64,000 nucleotides of DNA, taken from NCBI RefSeq assembly GCF_021028975.2, contig NC_059432.1:66030001-66094000 (forward strand), written 5' to 3'. Both the position numbers and the translations under genes were made by a program. The notes beneath the pieces were generated by a model. That model made no database searches. It saw nothing but the letters and a program-made list of their open reading frames with translations, and was not told the origin of the DNA. The stretch's first letter is position 1; the number at the start of each line of letters is the position of its first letter. The DNA comes from Sphaerodactylus townsendi. Taxonomy: Eukaryota. Shown piece by piece: positions 39,236 to 49,571 of this stretch.

Positions 39236-39284
39236 CTGACACAGCACGTTGCCCTTCACTCAAAGATTTCCACCATATGTGAAT
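39236..39284 (-). CDS. PARL: PARL exon 4
   Basis: IHIWWKSLSEGQRAVS; 49 nt; TAG|/|GT, phases fit neighbours. Confidence 0.9.
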
Positions 39285-40601
39285 CTAAAACAGAATGAAC
39301 AAAAGCCTCATCAGGATACCCAAAGTACCCAGCACCTCAAGGAATTAAATACATACATGTGAGCATGTGTAATGAATACTCTTGTCCCATAATTTCCCAA
39401 AAATAAAACTATTCAGAAATGTTTATTTTGAATGGATGAACATGATATAGTTCTTCGCTAGTTTATGAAAGAACGCAAATTAGTTGATTATTGCTTTCAT
39501 TTTAAGATCTGGTCATTTTAAGATCTTGTTTTAGACCATGAGGAAAACATACACTTGATGCATAAGAGAAGCAATAATATTCTGCTTTGTTGCCCTCTTG
39601 CATATGTTAACTAAAAAAAAGAAAAGAAAAATACCCAGTTTCAAAAGCAAGCTTATCAGAGCCATACCTTCTGACAAAGCAACAATATGACAGTGTGCAC
39701 CAGTTCCTGTGCTCTGCCTGAATTTTCTGCTTCATGGACTTTTCATGATTTATTTCTAGAATCCTGTTAAAGGAAAAAATCTCAGATCCCCATGTGAGCT
39801 TCCAATGAGTCTAATATTTCAGGCATCTGAGGTAAACCGATAAGTAGCAACCCCTAAATTTCCCTTTGTCTCTTAAATGGCAGATTCTCACTGAGGCTCA
39901 AGTCGGATTGTACAACAATGCAATCAAATAGGTGAAATCCAACAAACAATGCTCAATTTGCATAATGTGCACATTATGCCATCCAGATTTGGGGGACTGG
40001 AATATGACAATTCCATACTTTTGGATATTAATTGGTCATGGTGTATTTTTTCTGCTATGGAATAAACTCTTGCTTCCTGCTTATTTGTTCTTATTTTTAT
40101 TGATTTGATTTTGTTTTATTCGATTACCTGCATCCTCCCAAGTTGCAGGTGGGCTCAGGGCAGCTAAGACACATAATTTCAATTATAAAACAATTTAACA
40201 ATTAAATGATATAAATATTAAAAACATTCTAATATTTAAAAGCATTCACATACGGCAATTTGAATATCAGATTTTCAATCACATGCACTTGAAAGCAATA
40301 GAGATTGGTCAGCTGCCTCTTATGCCCTTGATTATGGCTTTTCAAATAAGTACAGACTCAATCCCAGAGAAGAAAACTTTAAACATATTATTTTCTTTTA
40401 CATTTGAGATCCACATGATCTTATTTCATATCATGCCAAACTCTATCAAATGGACCAAGATGCACCATGATCAGCTTTTTGTTCTACATTGAAAGTTCTG
40501 CTGTGATATAGTTTGGATTTGTAGGAGAACAATCATAATTAATGTCCTAGAAAAACTGAGGCACTTCCAAATGCCTAAGGAACAGAAATAGAGATTATTA
40601 A

Positions 40602-40878
40602 CAGCCCAATCTGGGGAGGCAAGGGGATTGATATGTGAAGGAAGCACAGGCTTGCCCTGGAGCCCTTACCCTGGTGGAGGGGCAAATACAACAGCAGGTG
40701 GATGCCATGGTCCTCTGGGAAAATTCTTGGGGGTAGAGTCGACATTAGTCAGCTTCCACCTTGGTTTTGAATGGTGTGGGGAGGGGGCTCTGTCTTTCTG
40801 TGCTGCCAGAAAGCCCTCTGGAGGCAGTGGTGCAGAAGCACTGCTGTCCCCAGCCACTTCGGTTTGTGGATTGGGCTG
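40602..40878. repeat. old element bounded by CAGCCCAAT/ATTGGGCTG inverted ends; related copy at 51111-51566
   Basis: Short terminal inverted repeats seen at both loci; interior diverged. Confidence 0.5.
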
Positions 40879-40969
40879 CCCTTGCCCAGATGGAGTGAAA
40901 ATAAGAGAACTGCCTTTTCATTTGTTCCTGTTTTTACCAAATCATTCTGAGGGTTTAAGGCTGAGAAGA

Positions 40970-41200
40970 GGAGCCAGTGTGATATAGTGGTAGAAAAAAC
41001 ACTCTAATCTGGGGACTAAGTTCAATTCCCCACTCCTCCACATGAAACTTGCTGTGTGACCTTGGGCCAGTCACAGTTTTCTCAAAAATCTTTCAGTCCA
41101 AGGAGAGGGATGCAATGGCAAACCACCTCCAAAATTATCTTAGCTTGAAACTCCTACATGGTCTCCATAAGTCAGTGTTACTTGATGGCACTTTTGACAA
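40970..41200 (+). mobile_element. squamate SINE
   Basis: Similar along its length to the copy at 621-851. Confidence 0.75.
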
Positions 41201-41799
41201 TCAAGGTTAAGAAGATGACAAAAAGCCTTGCCAGTCCTGGATCCTGCACATCAGCTCAGGACTGAGGATTCTTTTTAAGCTACTCAACGTTTTATGCTGT
41301 TTTTATGCCCTGGCTAGGTTTTAAATGGTTAACAACTTGTATCATGTTTTATGCTTTATTTTGTTAGTCAGTTCCAGCAGCTTTTATGGAGGTGGCCCCA
41401 GACATTTTCTAAATAAACTGCACAGCATAAACAACCAAATCAGTAAATATGTCCATGAAATATACAACACCCTATTATATTTCCATGGCCATCTTGGAGA
41501 CTACTAATCATCAAAACACAGTAAAAACAATGGTCATAAAAGCTAAATAAACATTCTGCTTGTGACTCGCATATTCTTAGAACTTTTTATACAAAAGGCT
41601 GAAATTATTTTCTTTGAGATTCACTAGTAAAATTAAGGTACTTTGCAAAGGCCCTAGATATTAAGACATAGCAGGGAAAGTGTTAATGAATTTGTCTACA
41701 AGAATGCACAAATGATCTACCAATTAGCACAAAGCACTTGTGTCTCAGTGAATGGTTGACAAGAACAAATTTGCAAAAATATACATAAGTTCCTCATAC

Positions 41800-41940
41800 C
41801 TCTCTCCTGATGTCCAACCCTGTACGTATCTTCATCCTATCCAACCAGTCATCTCGAGTATTCTCAAAATACCTCTGGAACTTTGCTTTGAGAGTTTCAT
41901 ATTGCCATATAGCTGCTGTGCCAAAAGCACAACCTGAAAA
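41800..41940 (-). CDS. PARL: PARL exon 3
   Basis: FSGCAFGTAAIWQYETLKAKFQRYFENTRDDWLDRMKIRTGLDIRRE; 141 nt. Confidence 0.95.
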
Positions 41941-42237
41941 CTATAAGTATAATCAAGATATAGAATAAGAGTAAAATGTGTGGGGGGAGTAGGGATAGAA
42001 TTAAAATCTGCAAACATTCAAGGTTGACAACAGAATCACAAAAGCAGTTGTATAACTAGTATAGCCAACTACAATTAATGCATATTATTAAAAACATTAA
42101 ATAATTCACTGTACATTGAATTATTGTACTTCCCTTTAAGTATGAACTACAACATCTCTAATTGCCAGACTCTGTATGGTACAAGCGTTCTGTACCTTCC
42201 ATGGGCTGGAGAATTTTGACAAACACATTCTTGTACA

Positions 42238-42400
42238 TGGGTGCTGTGTGGTTTCCGGGCTGTATGGCCGAGGATCCTCTGAAGATGGGAGCCACAGATG
42301 CAGGCAAAACGTCAGGAGAGAATGCTGCTAGAACACGGCCATACAGCCCAGAAACGACATAGCACCCAAGTGATTCCAGCCGTTAAAGCCTTCGACAATA
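42238..42400. mobile_element. short Penelope-like repeat in PARL intron 2; related copy at ~51570-51870
   Basis: CCTCTGAAGATG...GCAGGCAAAACGTCAGGAG...AAAGCCTTCGACAATACA with an inverted 5' piece; flanked by duplicated ACATTCTTGTACA. Confidence 0.6.
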
Positions 42401-42570
42401 CATTCTTGTACACTTTATTGCTGTAATGGCTCTGACTACCAAAATCCAACCTCTGTACAAGTAGGAAACCCTATTCTACAACAGTTTGTGTAACAAAATA
42501 ATAAAACAGTTTGTGTCAGCAATAAAGTATAGCTGCCAATGTAATTTAAACACACTGAAAGCAGTATTAC

Positions 42571-42763
42571 CCCAACTGTGAAGAAGAATGGCTTCAGAAG
42601 CTTCTTCACTGAATGGGAAGGTGTTGGAAAGATGACATCCTCTACCGGAGGAGACAAACCACTTCTCTGTGGTTTAGTACTGGCTTTTGAGTTAGGATTT
42701 TGGACATCGTTCTTCTGTGTTGGTCTTCTGAATCCATGTCTTTGTTGAGTATACAAGGTAGTT
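42571..42763 (-). CDS. PARL: PARL exon 2
   Basis: QQRHGFRRP...RSGLSPPVEDVIFPTP...LLKPFFFTVG; 193 nt; CAG|/|GTAAT. Confidence 0.92.
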
Positions 42764-43285
42764 CTGATCAGAAAATATATACCGAACACAAAAGAGATTA
42801 ATTTTAAATATCTCCTGCATGTGAAGATACATTATTTTCTTTATCAGAAAACAACAACAATAACATTTTCAAGCACTCCAAGATTTCATTTTGTCCCCCT
42901 CTTTAACTTTGGGTATGTATGTAAGACTTTTTCCACAAGCACTCCTAGTTGTCTTAAATGATGGAGGTACTACCAATAAAATCTTCTGGTTTCTAACACT
43001 ATAGAACTATTAGACTTAACTCCATCATCTTCATATATATATTTGTAATCCTGCGTTTCAACTGAGGGTCCTCAAGAGGTCGCTTAACAGGAAATCTCCA
43101 TGTTCATAGGTAAAGTATACTGCAAAACAATATGCTAAGCCTATACGTTGGGGAGGGGTGTGTGTGGAATCTGACTCCCAACAATAGAAAACGTCAGAAC
43201 ATGGGACGCTTATTTTCGCGTTCCCTATCTTACTCTTTTCCCAAAACGCTATCGCCCTCCTCCAGAAGGGAGCGCTTTATCGTAC

Positions 43286-43356
43286 CTACGTGCCCGAACT
43301 CCACTAGTCCATAACTCCCGTCCGACCCATACGCGAGCGCAGCAGGTCCACGCCAT
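43286..43356 (-). CDS. PARL: PARL exon 1 (mitochondrial targeting region)
   Basis: MAWTCCARVWVGRELWTSGVRAR; Kozak AAAATGG; donor AG|GTACG, phase 2 matches exon 2; lies in a CpG-rich patch. Confidence 0.88.
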
Positions 43357-43570
43357 TTTCCTCAACCCCCCAACATAACTTTTCCGGGTCGCCCAACGCT
43401 TCCGGCCGCCATCTTGGAAGCGGTAGTACTGACGCGGCATAAACACGTCACAGGTAAACAAACGAACCGGAAGGTTTGCCTGCGACGCTTGGAAGGGTTC
43501 CTCGCCTCCTAGAAGCCCGGAATCTTGTTGCGTTACATTAAAGGGATTAGGAGTCTGCCGTACGTTGTTT
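43357..43570 (-). promoter_or_regulatory. PARL CpG-rich promoter / 5' UTR
   Basis: High CpG density; YY1-type GCCGCCATCTTG (~43406-43417), ETS/GABP-type CTTCCGG (43399) and CCGGAAG (43467), typical of housekeeping mitochondrial genes. Confidence 0.7.
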
Positions 43571-43757
43571 GTGCTCTATCGTGGGCTTGTAACAGGCATT
43601 TCACAGTTCCTTGCGTGGATCTCCCAGACATTTAGGACAAGCTGTACAGTTATAAATTCTATTCGTTGCCCCTCTAATGAAAAAAAAAAAAGGGAAAACG
43701 AGTTCATTTATAACTATTGCAACTCGGTATCAATATGCTGTGCAGATTCCACTTTAA

Positions 43758-43896
43758 GGCCCCTTCGGCACATGCAGAATAAGGCACTTTCAATCCACTT
43801 TGCAGCTGGATTTTCTGTGCAGAATAGGAAAATCCACTTGCAAACAATTGTGAAAGTGGATTGAAAGTGCATTATTCTGCATGAACAGAAGGGGTC
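43758..43896. mobile_element. PIF/Harbinger-type MITE
   Basis: Palindromic GGCCCCTTC...CACATGCAGAATAA / TTATTCTGCATG...GAAGGGGTC; same family as 48150 and 59138. Confidence 0.75.
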
Positions 43897-43904
43897 AAAT
43901 TCTT

Positions 43905-44185
43905 GAAGAAGAAGAGTTTGGATTTATATCCCCCCCCCCCCTTTCGTTCCTATAGGAGACTCAAAGGGGCTTACAATCTCCTTGCCCTTCCCCCCCTCAC
44001 AACAAACACCCTGTGAGGTAGGTGGGGCTGAGAGAGCTCCAAAAATCTGTGACTAGCCCAAGGTCACCCAGTTGGCATGTGTGGGAGTGCACAGGCTAAT
44101 TTGAATTCCCTAGATAAGTGCCCACAGCTCAGGTTTTTCCAGATTAGAATGCACCTGCTCTTAACCACTACACCACTGCTGCTCC
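43905..44185 (-). mobile_element. squamate SINE
   Basis: (GAA)n tail, GAGTTTGGATTTATA...CCCAAGGTCACCCAG...CTCTTAACCACTACACCA (reverse box A). Confidence 0.8.
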
Positions 44186-45733
44186 CCTGCATACACCTGC
44201 AAGGCAGTCTCATTGACTGAGGATGCTGGAATAAATCTCACCCTGAACATTCAAGAACACGTATTACAGGACTGCACACCTCTTACAAACTTGCTGAATC
44301 AACATCATCTTCAAAAATATGTTTCAAAACTGATGTGTTCAGTTAACAATCACTGTTTAAAGAAATTCACATTGAAGCTCTTATCTTAAATGCTTTTTCC
44401 ATTTCAGTGCATTTGTAGTTCTTAACTGTTTAATAAAACCTTTATTTAATGTAATGTTATTCAACCAATTCATTTTTGAATGGTGGTCAGGGAAATTGAC
44501 AAAAGTTGGTCAAAGAAAATTGCGGAAATGGAAAATAAATTTTTAGAGGTAACCCTGGATTGAGCAAATCCCCTTGAGAAAATGGTCTTTTGGAGGGTGG
44601 ACTCTGTTATGTTATACCTCATTGAGGCTTCTCTTTGCCTTCCCAAGGTTCCACACCCAAATCTCCAGGAATTTCCCAGTCCAGAGTGGATGATTGTACA
44701 GTGAAATACTGGAGAATTATGATATTGTAATCTTTATGAGACACCTGGATTCCATACCTCACTTCCAGGTGCAAGAAAGAAGGCCTTTTTGTGCTCAAAA
44801 TTTGGAAATACATCAATTCAAAGTGGACAGCATCAAAAAACCCACACAAGGGACTGTCACTGTAACCTTGAGGCTTGGTGATTGTAATTCTCTCTACTTG
44901 AATCTGATCTTAAAGTCTTTTCAGAAACTCCAGCTATCACAGAATACTACAACTCAGTTTCTACATTGGGGCATATTATGAACTTATTAATGTTACAAAT
45001 GGAGCAAATAGATATATTTTTAACTCATCCATAAAACTAGGTTGATGCCCAGTTACTCTCCAAAATCATACATTCATATTTGAAAAGAAAAAAATGGGGT
45101 GAGGGTTTACTTGGGAGCAGAAAAAGGAGAAAAAGCACCCTACCTATTTATTAATCCTCTACAGTAAGAGTCTTCCATCTATATATTATCCCCCTGAATA
45201 TTGTACTGGTTCCCATGTGTGCAAAGATAACATCTAATTTTCCCCTAATTTCTGTCTGCAGTGTAGAATCAATGAACCTGTCTGCTTTACAGTACACTGG
45301 CCTGAAGGCAGATGATACAACAATTGTGTCAATGTGGATCGGAACACTGTGCATGCTATCTTGAGCAGGGAATATCAGGAATGAAAACAGGGTATAAGGG
45401 TATTATGCAAGTTATTGTAAGGATTGCTGAATTGATGTATGTGAATTCCAGAGGGATATATGTGTTAATCTATTGCAGCCCAAGTGGAAGAGTTTTGTGG
45501 CATTTTAAAGACAAGTCTACGGTGGCCCAAGCTTTCATTAGCCTACTTCTTCAGATACAGCAAGAATTACGTTCATTTGGCAGAGAGATTTACAAGCAGC
45601 AACAGGGGCATTTTATAAAAGAGCAGCAGACCTAATTTTCAGGATGGGCAGCCCAATTCCAATAACTACCTGATTTTCCATCAGATATTCTCCCAAGTAT
45701 AGATAAATAACAACAGATGCCCTTCTGTGAGGG

Positions 45734-46610
45734 CATTATACTACGCCACTGGCCGCCTCGGGTAACATTAAGTAATTTGTAGCCTGTGCAACATAGTGAG
45801 GCGAGGGAAGCCGCGGTTCTTCAAAAAGCAACCTATTTTAGATCTGAAGTGGCTGCTGCCGGTCGGGCAGGGGAAACGCCGAGTTTCAAAGCCAACCGCT
45901 AGAACTTTTATACAATAATACATCAAAGAGTATAGGGGGCAGGTAAGGGGGCAGGTCCCTTACCATACAACAATAAAGAAACATCAACACATAAAAGAAA
46001 AGGTACAATTACAACTTTGTGAATGGGACCATGAGATCTCACTGTCAGGTGACTTTTCACGAGACTTTACGATAGTGCTGAAATGGAGAGCGGAGAGAGT
46101 CCCATTCATAAAACTGGGTGAGCCTGTTTAACGCACCCAGGAATCTGGTTATCAGATGGGCTGCTTTCTTGAGTTATGAACTGCGCCTCAGTCCCGCAAC
46201 TGCGCCTCAGTCCCGCAACAAAAGAAAGTTCAAATGGTCCAGTGGTGATCTTGGCACGTTCTTCAATGGCTGGGATTTCTGGGGTGCTGTTATCAGATTC
46301 CGCTCTCTGTAGAATCTGGAAGCGGGTCCTTGTTTCTGCTAAAAAGATCTACTGGTAAGCTAGCCTAAAACTGAATTCTAAGGCTAGCTTCCCTTTGGCT
46401 CTTAATATCAGCTAGCAAGGGCAGTTTTCATTGTCATTGCTTTTACCCATAGATACGGATATTTAAAATAACATTTCTAAACTTAAACATTAGAGAAAAC
46501 CTAGGAGCCACCAATACAGTACAAGCACATATACGTAACCAAAGCCTTAAATACTGGAAAACCTAGCTAGAGCATAATCCTAAACACTGGGCAAATAATA
46601 AATCCAACAC
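45734..46610 (-). mobile_element. unclassified LTR-like insertion
   Basis: Flanked by TGAGGG direct repeats (45728-45733, 46611-46616); CpG-retaining; - strand begins (G)TGTTGG; internal 19-bp tandem duplication at 46179-46216. Confidence 0.45.
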
Positions 46611-47229
46611 TGAGGGGGACTTTTGAACAACACTGGTCTCTTTGCTCTGATCTTTAGCCAGTGTGGTGACAGGCTCAGGAAAATATTTTTCTTATTTTCC
46701 TGGTGGTAACAATATGGCATAGTGTCTGGAAAGCCTTGATTTTTAGCATGAGGGGGAAAGGTTGTAAAGCATTACGAAATACTTTTTCTGTTTGCAAAAC
46801 TGACCCCCAACCTGCTGATGCAACTCTGCACTGGAACGTTGACAAGGGAACACAAGTTTTACAACAGTAAGTACAACATTCTGTTTTTTTGGAAATTTGA
46901 ATCTATATAATATATTTCAGCAAATATGGTGAAATATTTTAAACTTTTAATTGGATTATTTGGTTCAAAATATATTAGAAATGTGTAAATTAATTATATA
47001 TAAATGCATGAAAAATCTAATCTACACTGCATGCTCAAAAATAACATTTGGCATATATTTACATAAAAATATTTAATATATTTTCTTTGTTGAGTGTTTA
47101 TTTTCATGCATAGCTCAATAGTGTGCCTAATACACATTGTTTGATCTCTATTGCTAGAACATCAATCTTTTGAATAGACCTCTGGTATCAGCATCTATAA
47201 GACAAAACTCCAAAACTTTTCATTGAAGA

Positions 47230-47449
47230 ATGGCATCGGCATCTTTTCAGATCTCTGGATTACTTCTGGCTGCTCTGGGTTTTATCCTTTTACTTGTTGC
47301 CACTGTGTCCAATAGCTGGAAAATTTCCAGTTCAACAAACCCAATTATTCCTGCAAGCTGGATCTATGAAGGTCTCTGGATGAACTGTGCAACTACTAAT
47401 TTGGCCTTGGTTCGGTGTAAGAGATTCTCTTTCTTCCTAAGTTTAGACA
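47230..47449 (+). CDS. orphaned claudin first exon, claudin-10a-like; probable distal alternative exon 1 of the - strand claudin
   Basis: MASASFQISGLLLAALGF...WKISS...SWIYEGLWMNCATTNLALVRCKRF; 220 nt, consensus donor A|GTAAGT, phase 1; no claudin exons 2-5 found downstream on +. Confidence 0.9.
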
Positions 47450-48149
47450 GTAAGTGTATTTTTCCTTGCATAAAATGCTAGACTGTAATTTTTCTTGAAA
47501 GACTGAATAGCAAACCTAGATTCTCCAGCATTTAGTAGATACATACAAAACACTGTTATGCGTAGAACTTTAGGGAATAACAATAGTATATTCTGTGATG
47601 AAATTTGATGTCAGAACACCTAATGTTGTGTGTTACTCATGAAGGCATCAGTCGCACACAGCAACTTGATTGGTGGGTATCTCTGTGGACTCCGATGAGG
47701 TCACTATGTGGTCTGAATCTTAGCAGGGAATGTTTGTCATATTTCCCCTCTGTGGAATGATCATGGGATACCAGCTCGTAGCCACAGACTGCCATCAGTG
47801 TCCGGGTTCTTAAGGTAGGGTTAGCTTGTTTCTGCTGCACTCTATGCCACCATTGCAAGTGTATATTATTTTTGCCGTCTGAGACACAGAAAAAAATTAA
47901 AATAGAAAACACATCTTGGAATAAATAAAAGAATGATCTAGGGTGAGAGAAAGAGCAGGGGACAGAACTGTTAGCAAGGTGAATGTTAGTTTTCCTTTCC
48001 TAAACTGCTAAAAGGCATTAACTGAGATTGTCGTGTGAAAGGACAGTTTGAGAGGTGAGGGCATGGCCCTTTGAATTTTAAGACTCCTCCTCACCAGAGG
48101 TATGATTTTGGCATGAGCCAAAGGATGAAAGCTAAAGCTGTGTCTCTTA

Positions 48150-48288
48150 GGCTCATCCGCACATGCAGAATAATGCACTTTCAAACTGCTTTCAATGCTC
48201 TTTGAAGCTGTGCGGAATGGCAAAATCCACTTGCAAACAGTTGTGAAAGTGGTTTGAAAAGCACTATTTTGCGTGTGCGGAAGGGGCC
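48150..48288. mobile_element. PIF/Harbinger-type MITE
   Basis: TIRs GGCTCATCCGCACATGCAGAATAA / TATTTTGCGTGTGCGGAAGGGGCC; 3-bp TSD TTA. Confidence 0.82.
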
Positions 48289-48429
48289 TTAGCCTGGAAA
48301 TTGGGCCTGGTGGTCCCATAAGTCATTAAGAAGCTTTTACATTGTTATACTTGTTACCCCTTTTGGCTTAGGTAAATATTTTGTCAGGTCTGTAAGTTTC
48401 AGGTTAGGTCAACACACCAAGATATTTCT

Positions 48430-49423
48430 AGGGAGAAAGAATCCACTTGGAAAAGGGTGATGAATCCTCATGGACCATTTCCAGTCACTTGTAAACCAGA
48501 TCCCAAAACTGATCATAACTCATTTTTATGGTCCATGTGGCAACCAATGACATGCCCTTGAACACCATCAAAAGCATTAAGACTGACTATGAAGCTCCCA
48601 GGAGAAATCTTAAGGGAATGGGCCAAAGTGGTGTTCTCTTTGATCCTTCCTGTCAGAGGAAGAGGAATGAAATGGGGACAGAAGATAATGGAGGAACCAC
48701 TGGCTATATTGGTGGTGCTAGGAGGAGCAATTTGGATTCTGGCACAATGGGCTTGGTTTTCTGGACAATGACCTTCTGTCATGCAGTGGACTTTACCTAT
48801 CAAAGTCAGGGAATCATGGGTTTGAAAGATACCTGGGGAGATTCACCAGGAGGGCTTTAAACTCCCGGGAAAGGAGACCAACATAGAGATTTAGAGAGAG
48901 AACAAACAGCAGAATCCCACCCGGGAGGTCCAGGTCTAATAGAGAAGAAGGTATGGGGCTTCAGCTGACTTATGTACTAATGTCTCAAGCTTGGGCAATA
49001 AGGAGGAAGAACTTGAGCTTTTAATGCAGAGGGATATGATTTTGTAGGCATTACAGAGACTTGGTGGGATGATTCCCATTACTAGAATATAGTACTAGAT
49101 GGACATGAGTTGTTCAAGAAAAACCAAAAGGGTCAAAGAGGTGGTGGAGTGACACTGTATGTGAGGCAAGGGTTTGCTTGTCAGGAAATACTGGAAGAGG
49201 TGGTGACAGCCCTGTGGAAACTATCTGGGTAAGGATAAGGGGAGGAAGGACAAACAGTATTGTGGTTGGAGTCTGCTACAGACCTTCTAGCTAGGGTGAG
49301 GAAGTGGATGCTGCTCTCCTTGAACAGCTTGACAGGGTATCCAAACAACATGACCTGGTAATTATGGGTGACTTCAACTTGCCTGATTAATGCTGGGAGA
49401 CAAACTCTGCAAACCGTCTACAG
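48430..49423 (+). mobile_element. old CR1, 5' half (ORF1 esterase end, start of ORF2 endonuclease)
   Basis: VHVATND; SLGNKEEELEL; VGITETWWD; RGGGVTLYV; VGVCYRP; VIMGDFNLPD-x-CWETNSANRLQ, stopping at the MITE; 5' boundary approximate. Confidence 0.82.
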
Positions 49424-49571
49424 CAGGGGTAGGGAACCTGCGGCTCTCCAGATGTTCAGGAACTACAATTCCCATCAGCCTCTGTCAGCATGGCCAATTG
49501 GCCATGCTGGTAGGGGCTGATGGGAATTGTAGTTCCTGAACATCTGGAGAGCCGCAGGTTCCCTACCCCTG
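49424..49571. mobile_element. 148-bp palindromic hAT (Charlie-like) MITE (right inversion breakpoint)
   Basis: Near-perfect hairpin centred on GGCCAATTGGCC; ends CAGGGGTAGGGAACC / GGTTCCCTACCCCTG; non-matching flanks GTCTACAG and AGCTATAC. Confidence 0.93.
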
